DNA from: Eledone cirrhosa
Lineage: Eukaryota
Assembly: GCA_964016885.1 (NCBI GenBank)
Contig: OZ024744.1
Location: 126,108,001-126,172,000, forward strand
Direction of reading: 5' to 3'
DNA length: 64,000 bases
The position numbers were made by a program, and so were the translations under genes. The notes beneath the pieces were generated by a model that worked only from the letters and a program-made list of their open reading frames with translations, ran no database searches and was not told where the DNA came from. Positions 36,001 through 47,513 of the stretch are shown in pieces. Positions within the stretch are counted from its first letter, which is position 1, and every line of letters starts with the position of its first letter.

Positions 36001-38335
36001 AAACAGAAACTTAAAGGGATTGACAGAATTTGCGATTCCGGAGAGGGGGCGATCCGTCTGCTTGATTCCGATAACGAACGAGACATTCGTATCCGAAAGA
36101 ACGTTTGTCTGGAAACTGGTGAGTCAGTGAGTCGAAAAAAAAAATATCTCGGTGGTAGTAGCAAATATTCGAACGAGACATTCGTATGCGAAAGAACGTT
36201 TGTCGGTGGTAGTAGCAAATATTCGAACGAGACATTCGTATGCGAAAGAACGTTTGTCGGTGGTAGTAGCAAATATTCGAACGAGACATTCGTATGCGAA
36301 AGAACGTTTGTCTGGAAGTGGCGATCCATGCCCGGTGGATAGTTGGTTCCGGGTTTTACTATGATTGTTGCAAAACAGAAACTTAAAGGGATTGACAGAA
36401 TTTGCGATTCCGGAGAGAGGGCGATCCGTCTGCTTGATTCCGATAACGAACGAGACATTCGTATCCGAGAGAACGTTTGTCTGGAAACTGGTGAGTCAGT
36501 GAGTCGAAAAAAAAATATCTCGGTGGTAGTAGCAAATATTCGAACGAGACATTCGTATGCGAAAGAAAAATATCTCGGTGGTAGTAGCAAATATTCGAAC
36601 GAGACATTCGTATGCGAAAGAACGTTTGTCTGGAAGTGGCGATCCATGCCCGGTGGATAGTTGGTTCCGGGTTTTACTATGATTGTTGCAAAACAGAAAC
36701 TTAAAGGGATTGACAGAATTTGCCATTCCGGAGAGGGGGCGATCCGTCTGCTTGATTCCGATAACGAACGAGACATTCGTATCCGAAAGAACGTTTGTCT
36801 GGAAACTGGTGAGTCAGTGAGTCGAAAAAAAAATATCTCGGTGGTAGTAGCAAATATTCGAACGAGACATTCGTATGCGAAAGAACGTTTGTCTGGAAGT
36901 GGCGATCCATGCTCGGTGGATAGTTGGTTCCGGGTTTTACTATGATTGTTGCAAAACAGAAACTTAAAGGGATTGACAGAATTTGCGATTCCGGAGAGGG
37001 GGCGATCCGTCTGCTTGATTCCGATAACGAACGAGACATTCGTATCCGAAAGAACGTTTGTCTGGAAACTGGTGAGTCAGTGAGTCGAAAAAAAAATATC
37101 TCGGTGGTAGTAGCAAATATTCGTATGCGAAAGAAAAGATCTCGGTGGTAGTAGCAAATATTCGAACGAGACATTCGTAGGCGAAAGAAAAATATCTCGG
37201 TGGTAGTAGCAAATATTCGAACGAGACATTCGTATTCGAAAGAACGTTTGTCTGGAAGTTGCGATCCATGCCCGGTGGATAGTTGGTTCCGGGCTTTACT
37301 ATGATTGTTGCAAAACAGAAACTTAAAGGGATTGACAGAATTTGCGATTCCGGAGAGGGGGCGATCCGTCTGCTTGATTTCGATAACGAACGAGACATTC
37401 GTATCCGAAAGAACGTTTGTCTGGAAACTGGTGAGTCAGTGAGTCGAAAAAAAAAATATCTCGGTGGTAGTAGCAAATATTCGAACGAGACATTCGTATG
37501 CGAAAGAACGTTTGTCGGTGGTAGTAGCAAATATTCGAACGAGACATTCGTATGCGAAAGAACGTTTGTCGGTGGTAGTAGCAAATATTCGAACGAGACA
37601 TTCGTATGCGAAAGAACGTTTGTCTGGAAGTGGCGATCCATGCCCGGTGGATAGTTGGTTCCGGGTTTTACTATGATTGTTGCAAAACAGAAACTTAAAG
37701 GGATTGACAGAATTTGCGATTCCAGAGAGAGGGCGATCCGTCTGCTTGATTCCGATAACGAACGAGACATTCGTATCCGAAAGAACGTTTGTCTGGAAAC
37801 TGGTGAGTCAGTGAGTCGAAAAAAAAATATCTCGGTGGTAGTAGCAAATATTCGAACGAGACATTCGTATGCGAAAGAACGTTTGTCTGGAAGTGGCGAT
37901 CCATGCTCGGTGGATAGTTGGTTCCGGGTTTTACTATGATTGTTGCAAAACAGAAACTTAAAGGGATTGACAGAATTTGCGATTCCGGAGAGGGGGCGAT
38001 CCGTCTGCTTGATTCCGATAACGAACGAGACATTCGTATCCGAAAGAACGTTTGTCTGGAAACTGGTGAGTCAGTGAGTCGAAAAAAAAATATCTCGGTG
38101 GTAGTAGCAAATATTCGTATGCGAAAGAAAAGATCTCGGTGGTAGTAGCAAATATTCGAACGAGACATTCGTATGCGAAAGAAAAATATCTCGGTGGTAG
38201 TAGCAAATATTCGAACGAGACATTCGTATTCGAAAGAACGTTTGTCTGGAAGTTGCGATCCATGCCCGGTGGATAGTTGGTTCCGGGCTTTACTATGATT
38301 GTTGCAAAACAGAAACTTAAAGGAATTGACAGAAT
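30052..38335 (+). repeat. rRNA-derived mosaic satellite (24 units, 263-459 bp; internal 54-bp subrepeat)
   Basis: Each unit holds the 18S motifs GAAACTTAAAGG.ATTGAC, GATTCCGGAGAGGG.GC and TTCCGATAACGAACGAGAC, plus the 28S motif ATCT.GGTGGTAGTAGCAAATATTC.AACGAGA. Confidence 0.92.
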
Positions 38336-38359
38336 TTTCGAATCGACATCAACTCGGCT

Positions 38360-38710
38360 ACGGCTATCCCGTCGAGTACGAGAGTATCGCGGGATCAGAG
38401 CAACGGTTTGCTAGGCTGCCTCTGAGCGATAACGGCTGAACGCCTCCTCTAAGCCGGAACCCTAGCCGGACCCGAGTTGTTTTTCGACAAGCGTCTCGAC
38501 CTTCTTAAGGCCCATGCCTTAGTTTGGCGATTGCCGTCCGTTCGCCGACGGCGGCAGCGTCAGCGGAAATGCCATTCTGTGACGACTACGACGATTCGTC
38601 GTCGTCGTCGTCCATTCGATTTCCTGAAAGAGATAGAGACTAAAGTGATCAAATTGTTCGGAGTTACGTGCTTAGTAGAGCAGCTACCACACTGCAATCT
38701 ATTGAGAGTT
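38360..38710 (+). pseudogene. 28S rRNA 3'-terminal fragment (diverged)
   Basis: AGTACGAGAG, CTGAACGCCTC(ctc)TAAG and AGAGCAGCT...CTGCAATCTATTGAGAGT in the order of the 28S 3' end. Confidence 0.8.
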
Positions 38711-39145
38711 TTCTGACGAACGATACAATCCGCCCACGTGGCGCCAGAAAGGGAGAAGAAAAGAAAAGTTAGACGCCGCCGATCGATCGGTTCGTTGTTT
38801 TACGTGTACACAGCTTGTGTGTGTGTCTGTATGTGATACAAGCCGCCTATCCGTCTTCCAAGTAAGTTTTGTGTGTAGACTGCGGAAAGAAATCCAATCC
38901 GCCGTCTAGGCGGTTCTGCCGCCGACCCATACTTTTGCGAGTCGCTCCCGGGAAAGACAGGCGGCAAGACGGCGTGTATACACGACGCCTTCCGTCTTCC
39001 GCCTCGAACCCGGGCAAACGTCCCTTTATTCGTCCACGCCTTCCCGCTTCGATCGCGAGAAAGTAATCAATCTGTTTTGTGTGTGTGTCTGTGTGTGATA
39101 CAAATTTGTTTTCTTAATTTGATAACCATGAATTGTTTCAACACC

Positions 39146-39161
39146 GGCCCTTTTAAGGGCC
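39146..39161 (+). other. Histone-mRNA-type 3' stem-loop (orphan)
   Basis: GGCCCT-TTTA-AGGGCC followed by AC; no histone CDS upstream. Confidence 0.45.
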
Positions 39162-39749
39162 ACTTATATTTTCAATAATCAGTTTAAATGGGTTGCACCG
39201 TAGCCACTTGGTAATACACTGCAAATCTCCCGTCAATCTATGAAGGTTTTGTAGTAGATTAGATCAAAACACAATCAGCAAGACAGTAATGGAATGAATA
39301 ATATAAACATTTGTTTATAATTAAAGCCTTAAGATGTCCCTCCCTCCCTCCCTTCCTCCCTTCCTTCCTTCCTTCCTTCCTTCCTTACGATATACACTTT
39401 AATAACATTGAAACTTATTTAATAAGTTTAAATTTTAAACACTTTTTATTCAGACGTACCGCGATAAGTAACTAGATATGTTCTAACGAATAATCCGCGA
39501 TGTGGCGAGGATTACCGCGATAGGAAATTAGATACGTTCCAAAGAAATATCCGCGAAAAGTGAACCGCGATATAGCGGGTTCACCAGCCAGTGTATTACT
39601 GGTACTTTATTTTATCGACCCCCATAAGGATGAAAGGCAAAGTTAACTGTGCAATAACAAAGGGAGATAACCTCGTCTTTTTTTTTTTACGGAGTTATTT
39701 CCCTTTAAATTTTATCTATTACTTATGATGATACAATTTAATCAGTTCT

Positions 39750-39874
39750 TAGCTGTCGAGACACTGCATCCTTTAAAACCTCCATGGAACAAGCTACCTG
39801 CAACAGTTGTTAGCTGTCGAGACACTGCATCTTTTAAAACCTCCATGGAACAAACTACCTGCATCAGTTGTTAG
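39750..39874 (+). repeat. Two 60-bp tandem units derived from the CR1 ORF2 3' end
   Basis: CATGGAACAA.CT.CCTGC...TTGTTAGCTG.CGAGACACTGCATCCTTTAA matches the reverse complement of ~14990-15047. Confidence 0.85.
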
Positions 39875-40142
39875 GGTCTGAGTTCAAATCACGCCGAGGA
39901 GGTTAACTTTGCCTTTCATCCTTACGGGGTCGGTCGGAAAACGAACCATTCCCGGTTCGCTTTCGAAGCGGGTTTCCGAAAACAGCGCTTCTCTCGACCG
40001 GGCCCGTCGTCCGCTCGGCGGTGGTTTTCATCGTCCCAGGCACGGCTAACAGGCGGAGACGGGACAAACGCGCGTGTTCCTTTTTTTATCAGCCGCAGCG
40101 CCGTTCGTATATATGCTTAGGTTGTTTTTTTTTTAAATATCC

Positions 40143-40372
40143 TAAGTTAAGTTGGGGCTAAGTTAAGTTGGGGCTAAGTTAAGTTGAGGTTAAGTTGAGT
40201 TGGGGTTAAGTTAAGTGGGGGTTAAGTTAAGCTGGGGTTAAGTTAAGTTGAGGTTAAGTTAAGTTGGGGTTAAGTCAAGTTGGGGTTAAGTTAAGTTGGG
40301 GTTAAGTTAGGTTGGGGTTAAGTTAGGTTGGGGTTAAGTTAAGTTGGGGTTAAGTTAGGTTGCGGTTAAGTT
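40143..40372. repeat. 16-bp G-rich minisatellite (GGGGTTAAGTTAAGTT)n, ~14 units
   Basis: Directly visible; abuts the start of satellite array A copy 2. Confidence 0.92.
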
Positions 40373-40373
40373 A

Positions 40374-43300
40374 CATTCGCCGCCGGACTTCAGCTTCCTC
40401 ATTTAGCATGGGCAGTTTTTCTTGAAAATCACACCACACACAGCAAATGTGTGTCCGCACATGTACCAGTAATTACAGATCGATTCCGGTGAAAATTCAC
40501 TGAAAACGGGCCATCCGGCCCTGTGCGTCGATCGTGGGCCGGCCGGATGTTGACGGATCGATGTGTAATTAGAAGTACATGTGCGGACACTCATTGGCTG
40601 TGCGTGGTATGCATTTCAGCAAGATATCTCCGTAACATCAAGAGTTATGGCTGTGGAGGCACACCTAGTCAAACGTAAACAAGGTCTGGAGCGTTTACGC
40701 TTCGCGATTTTGTTTACGTTTGACTAGGTGTGCCTCCACAGCCACAACTCTTGATGTTACGGAGATATCTTGCTGAAATGCATACCACGCACAGCCAATG
40801 AGTGTCCGCACATGTACTTCTAATTACACATCGATCCGTCAACATCCGGCCGGCCCACGATCGACGCACAGGGCCGGATGGCCCGTTTTCAGTGAATTTT
40901 CACCGGAATCGATCTGTAATTACTGGTACATGTGCGGAGACACATTTGCTGTGTGTGGTGTGATTTTCAAGAAAAACTGCCCATGCTAAATGAGGAAGCT
41001 GAAGTCCGCCGGCGAATGGTGTGCTTCGAAGAAAACTAATTCGAAAATGACCGTTTGCAGGCGGAGTAACCTTTTCGATCGTGGGCCAGCCGCCCGTGGT
41101 GGGATCCATCTGTAATTACTGGTACATGTGCGGACATACATTTGCTGTGTGTGGTGTGATTTTCAAGAAGAACTGCCCATGCTAAATGAGGAAGCTGAAG
41201 TCCGCCGGCGAATGGTGTGCTTCGAAGAAAACTAATTCGAAAATGACCGTTTGCAGGCGGGGTAACCTTTTCGATCGTGGGCCAGCCGCCCGTGGTGGGA
41301 TCCATCTGTAATTACTGGTACATGTGCGGACACACATTTGCTGTGTGTGGTGTGATTTTCGAGAAAGACTGCCCATGCTAAATGAGGAAGCTGAAGTCCG
41401 CCGGCGAATGGTGTGCTTCGAAGAAAACTAATTCGAAAATGACTATTTGCCGGCGGAATCACCTTTTCGGTCCTGGTCCGGCCGGATGTTGCCGGATCGA
41501 TCGGAAATTTGTGGACCATGTTCGGAAGGCCATTGTGCATGTGTGGTGAAAAAAATTTGTGTCGAAATCTTCTCGGAAAATAACGGATCGCCGGCGGAGA
41601 TTGCCATTTCGATCGTGGGCCGGCCGGATCTTGTCGGATCGATTCGGACATATGTGCATCGTGTTCGCAAGGCCCTTGTCTATGTGTGGTGTGATTTTCA
41701 TAAAGAAATTCCGAAAAACCCAGTTTTAAATCTGATTTCGCCAAAGAATTTTGGCTATCAGATCGGGTTGAAAGGTATGGTTTCAGGTCGATCTGAAAGT
41801 CTAAAATGGAATTCACTCGGTTAGCTAACTATTGATATATCGGAGATATCTTTCTGAAAATCACACCACACACTCCCAATGAGTGTCTGCACATGTACCA
41901 GTAATTACAGATGGATCCCACCACGGGCGGCCGGCCCACGATCGAAAAGGTTACTCCGAAGCACACCATTCGCCGGCGGAATTCATTTAGCATGGGCAGT
42001 TTTTCTCGAAAATCACACCACACACAGCCAATGAGTGTCCGCACATGTACCAGTAATTACAGATGGATCCCACCACGGGCGGCTGGCCCACGATCGAAAA
42101 GGTTACTCCGCCTGCAAACGGTCATTTTCGAATTCGTTTTCTTCGAAGCACACGATTCGCCGGCGGACTTCAGCTGCCTCATTTAGCATGGGCAGTTTTT
42201 CTCGAAAATCACACCACACACAGCAAATGTGTGTCCGCACATGTACCAGTAATTACAGATCGATTCCGGTGAAAATTCACTGAAAACGGGCCATTCGGCC
42301 CTGTGCGTCGATCGTGGGCCGGCCGGATGTTGACGGATCGATGTGTAATTAGAAGTACATGTGCGGACACTCATTGGCTGTGCGTGGTATGCATTTCAGC
42401 AAGATATCTCCGTAACATCAAGAGTTATGGCTGTGGAGGCACACCTAGTCAAACGTAAACAAGCTCTGGAGCGTATACGCTTCGCGATTTTGTTTACGTT
42501 TGACTAGGTGTGCCTCCACAGCCACAACTCTTGATGTTACGGAGATATCTTGCTGAAATGCATACCACGCACAGCCAATGAGTGTCCGCACATGTACTTC
42601 TAATTACACATCGATCCGTCAACATCCGGCCGGCCCACGATCGACGCACAGGGCCGGATGGCCCGTTTGCAGTGAATTTTCACCGGAATCGATCTGTAAT
42701 TACTGGTACATGTGCGGACACACATTTGCTGTGTGTGGTGTGATTTTCACGAAAAACTGCCCATGCTAAATGAGGAAGCTGAAGTCCGCCGGCGAATGGT
42801 GTGCTTCGAAGAAAACTAATTCGAAAATGACCGTTTGCAGGCGGAGTAACCTTTTCGATCGTGGGCCAGCCGCCCGTGGTGGGATCCATCTGTAATTACT
42901 GGTACATGTGCGGACACACATTTGCTGTGTGTGGTGTGATTTTCGAGAAAGACTGCCCATGCTAAATGAGGAAGCTGAAGTCCGCCGGCGAATGGTGTGC
43001 TTCGAAGAAAACTAATTCGAAAATGACTATTTGCCGGCGGAATCACCTTTTCGGTCCTGGTCCGGCCGGATGTTGCCGGATCGATCGGAAATTTGTGGAC
43101 CATGTTCGGAAGGCCATTGTGCATGTGTGGTGAAAAAAATTTGTGTCGAAATCTTCTCGGAAAATAACGGATCGCCGGCGGAGATTGCCATTTCGATCGT
43201 GGGCCGGCCGGATCTTGTCGGATCGATTCGGACATATGTGCATCGTGTTCGCAAGGCCCTTGTCTATGTGTGGTGTGATTTTCATAAAGAAATTCCGAAA

Positions 43301-46300
43301 AACCCAGTTTTAAATCTGATTTCGCCAAAGAATTTTGGCTATCAGATCGGGTTGAAAGGTATGGTTTCAGGTCGATCTGAAAGTCTAAAATGGAATTCAC
43401 TCGGTTAGCTAACTATTGATATATCGGAGATATCTTTCTGAAAATCACACCACACACTCCCAATGAGTGTCTGCACATGTACCAGTAATTACAGATGGAT
43501 CCCACCACGGGCGGCCGGCCCACGATCGAAAAGGTTACTCCGAAGCACACCATTCGCCGGCGGAATTCATTTAGCATGGGCAGTTTTTCTCGAAAATCAC
43601 ACCACACACAGCCAATGAGTGTCCGCACATGTACCAGTAATTACAGATGGATCCCACCACGGGCGGCTGGCCCACGATCGAAAAGGTTACTCCGCCTGCA
43701 AACGGTCATTTTCGAATTCGTTTTCTTCGAAGCACACGATTCGCCGGCGGACTTCAGCTGCCTCATTTAGCATGGGCAGTTTTTCTCGAAAATCACACCA
43801 CACACAGCAAATGTGTGTCCGCACATGTACCAGTAATTACAGATCGATTCCGGTGAAAATTCACTGAAAACGGGCCATTCGGCCCTGTGCGTCGATCGTG
43901 GGCCGGCCGGATGTTGACGGATCGATGTGTAATTAGAAGTACATGTGCGGACACTCATTGGCTGTGCGTGGTATGCATTTCAGCAAGATATCTCCGTAAC
44001 ATCAAGAGTTATGGCTGTGGAGGCACACCTAGTCAAACGTAAACAAGCTCTGGAGCGTATACGCTTCGCGATTTTGTTTACGTTTGACTAGGTGTGCCTC
44101 CACAGCCACAACTCTTGATGTTACGGAGATATCTTGCTGAAATGCATACCACGCACAGCCAATGAGTGTCCGCACATGTACTTCTAATTACACATCGATC
44201 CGTCAACATCCGGCCGGCCCACGATCGACGCACAGGGCCGGATGGCCCGTTTGCAGTGAATTTTCACCGGAATCGATCTGTAATTACTGGTACATGTGCG
44301 GACACACATTTGCTGTGTGTGGTGTGATTTTCACGAAAAACTGCCCATGCTAAATGAGGAAGCTGAAGTCCGCCGGCGAATGGTGTGCTTCGAAGAAAAC
44401 TAATTCGAAAATGACCGTTTGCAGGCGGAGTAACCTTTTCGATCGTGGGCCAGCCGCCCGTGGTGGGATCCATCTGTAATTACTGGTACATGTGCGGACA
44501 CACATTTGCTGTGTGTGGTGTGATTTTCGAGAAAGACTGCCCATGCTAAATGAGGAAGCTGAAGTCCGCCGGCGAATGGTGTGCTTCGAAGAAAACTAAT
44601 TCGAAAATGACTATTTGCCGGCGGAATCACCTTTTCGGTCCTGGTCCGGCCGGATCTTGCCGGATCGATCGGAAATTTGTGGACCATGTTCGGAAGGCCA
44701 TTGTGCATGTGTGGTGAAAAAAATTTGTGTCGAAATCTTCTCGGAAAATAACGGATCGCCGGCGGAGATTGCCATTTCGATCGTGGGCCGGCCGGATCTT
44801 GTCGGATCGATTCGGACATATGTGCATCGTGTTCGCAAGGCCCTTGTCTATGTGTGGTGTGATTTTCATAAAGAAATTCCGAAAAACCCAGTTTTAAATC
44901 TGATTTCGCCAAAGAATTTTGGCTATCAGATCGGGTTGAAAGGTATGGTTTCAGGTCGATCTGAAAGTCTAAAATGGAATTCACTCGGTTAGCTAACTTT
45001 TGATATATCGGAGATATCTTTCTGAAAATCACACCACACACTCCCAATGAGTGTCTGCACATGTACCAGTAATTACAGATGGATCCCACCACGGGCGGCC
45101 GGCCCACGATCGAAAAGGTTACTCCGAAGCACACCATTCGCCGGCGGAATTCATTTAGCATGGGCAGTTTTTCTCGAAAATCACACCACACACAGCCAAT
45201 GAGTGTCCGCACATGTACCAGTAATTACAGATGGATCCCACCACGGGCGGCTGGCCCACGATCGAAAAGGTTACTCCGCCTGCAAACGGTCATTTTCGAA
45301 TTAGTTTTCTTCGAAGCACACCATTCGCCGGCGGACTTCAGCTTCCTCATTTAGCATGGGCAGTTTTTCTCGAAAATCACACCACACACAGCAAATGTGT
45401 GTCCGCACATGTACCAGTAATTACAGATCGATTCCGGTGAAAATTCACTGAAAACGGGCCATTCTGCCCTGTGCGTCGATCGTGGGCCGGCCGGATGTTG
45501 ACGGATCGATGTGTAATTAGAAGTACATGTGCGGACACTCATTGGCTGTGCGTGGTATGCATTTCAGCAAGATATCTCCTTAACATCAAGAGTTATGGCT
45601 GTGGAGGCACACCTAGTCAAACGTAAACAAGCTCTGGAGCGTATACGCTTCGCGATTTTGTTTACGTTTGACTAGGTGTGCCTCCACAGCCACAACTCTT
45701 GATGTTACGGAGATATCTTGCTGAAATGCATACCACGCACAGCCAATGAGTGTCCGCACATGTACTTCTAATTACACATCGATCCGTCAACATCCGGCCG
45801 GCCCACGATCGACGCACAGGGCCGGATGGCCCGTTTTCAGTGAATTTTCACCGGAATCGATCTGTAATTACTGGTACATGTGCGGACACACATTTGCTGT
45901 GTGTGGTGTGATTTTCACGAAAAACTGCCCATGCTAAATGAGGAAGCTGAAGTCCGCCGGCGAATGGTGTGCTTCGAAGAAAACTAATTCGAAAATGACC
46001 GTTTGCAGGCGGAGTAACCTTTTCGATCGTGGGCCAGCCGCCCGTGGTGGGATCCATCTGTAATTACTGGTACATGTGCGGACACACATTTGCTGTGTGT
46101 GGTGTGATTTTCGAGAAAGACTGCCCATGCTAAATGAGGAAGCTGAAGTCCGCCGGCGAATGGTGTGCTTCGAAGAAAACTAATTCGAAAATGACTATTT
46201 GCCGGCGGAATCACCTTTTCGGTCCTGGTCCGGCCGGATCTTGCCGGATCGATCGGAAATTTGTGGACCATGTTCGGAAGGCCATTGTGCATGTGTGGTG

Positions 46301-47370
46301 AAAAAAATTTGTGTCGAAATCTTCTCGGAAAATAACGGATCGCCGGCGGAGATTGCCATTTCGATCGTGGGCCGGCCGGATCTTGTCGGATCGATTCGGA
46401 CATATGTGCATCGTGTTCGCAAGGCCCTTGTCTATGTGTGGTGTGATTTTCATAAAGAAATTCCGAAAAACCCAGTTTTAAATCTGATTTCGCCAAAGAA
46501 TTTTGGCTATCAGATCGGGTTGAAAGGTATGGTTTCAGGTCGATCTGAAAGTCTAAAATGGAATTCACTCGGTTAGCTAACTATTGATATATCGGAGATA
46601 TCTTTCTGAAAATCACACCACACACTCCCAATGAGTGTCTGCACATGTACCAGTAATTACAGATGGATCCCACCACGGGCGGCCGGCCCACGATCGAAAA
46701 GGTTACTCCGAAGCACACCATTCGCCGGCGGAATTCATTTAGCATGGGCAGTTTTTCTCGAAAATCACACCACACACAGCCAATGAGTGTCCGCACATGT
46801 ACCAGTAATTACAGATGGATCCCACCACGGGCGGCTGGCCCACGATCGAAAAGGTTACTCCGCCTGCAAACGGTCATTTTCGAATTAGTTTTCTTCGAAG
46901 CACACCATTCGCCGGCGGACTTCAGCTTCCTCATTTAGCATGGGCAGTTTTTCTTGAAAATCACACCACACACACCAAATGTGTGTCCGCACATGTACCA
47001 GTAATTACAGATCGATTCCGGTGAAAATTCACTGAAAACGGGCCATTCGGCCCTGTGCGTCGATCGTGGGCCGGCCGGATGTTGACGGATCGATGTGTAA
47101 TTAGAAGTACATGTGCGGACACTCATTGGCTGTGCGTGGTATGCATTTCACTAAGATATCTCCGTAACATCAAGAGTTATGGCTGTGGAGGCACACCTAG
47201 TCAAACGTAAACAAGGTCTGGAGCGTTTACGCTTCGCGATTTTGTTTACGTTTGACTAGGTGTGCCTCCACAGCGACAACTCTTGATGTTACGGAGATAT
47301 CTTGCTGAAATTCATACCACGCACAGCCAATGAGTGTCCGCACATGTACCTGTAATTACACATCGATCCG
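40374..47370. repeat. Palindromic satellite array A, copy 2
   Basis: Inversion centres at ~40696, 42476, 44060, 45644 and 47228 (spacing 1780, 1584, 1584, 1584). Confidence 0.95.
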
Positions 47371-47458
47371 ACGACGGACAGAGTATTCGGTTTATTTTCT
47401 TGACATATTTCTTTACATATTGTCCAGGCATGCACTTTTTCCATGATTAGTTCTGTTG

Positions 47459-47513
47459 ACGGCCCGCTTTCCAAAATACCTTATCCTGTGCAACGCCGGG
47501 TACCACTGCTAGT
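47459..47513 (+). mobile_element. Helitron-type 3' terminus closing the satellite array
   Basis: CCtGTGCAACGCCGGG-TACCACTG-CTAG|T then (TA)n; ~55 bp homologous to 10775-10830 (-). Confidence 0.65.

Noticed and set aside
30170-38240. CRISPR-like array (GGTGGTAGTAGCAAATATTCG repeats)
   Set aside because: Intervening sequences are themselves repeated rather than unique spacers; eukaryotic context; no cas genes
30041-38263. ORFs up to 463 aa in the rRNA-derived satellite
   Set aside because: The 54-bp subrepeat is a multiple of 3 and stop-poor on the minus strand; frames break at the poly-A length variants; no domain signal
29868-38710. Functional 18S/28S rRNA genes
   Set aside because: Only ~180 bp of contiguous 18S and ~350 bp of 28S, with substitutions in conserved positions; no 5.8S or ITS recognisable
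39455-39590. Tigger/pogo-like terminal repeats (CCGCGAT motifs)
   Set aside because: Suggestive, but no matching opposite TIR or TSD could be fixed
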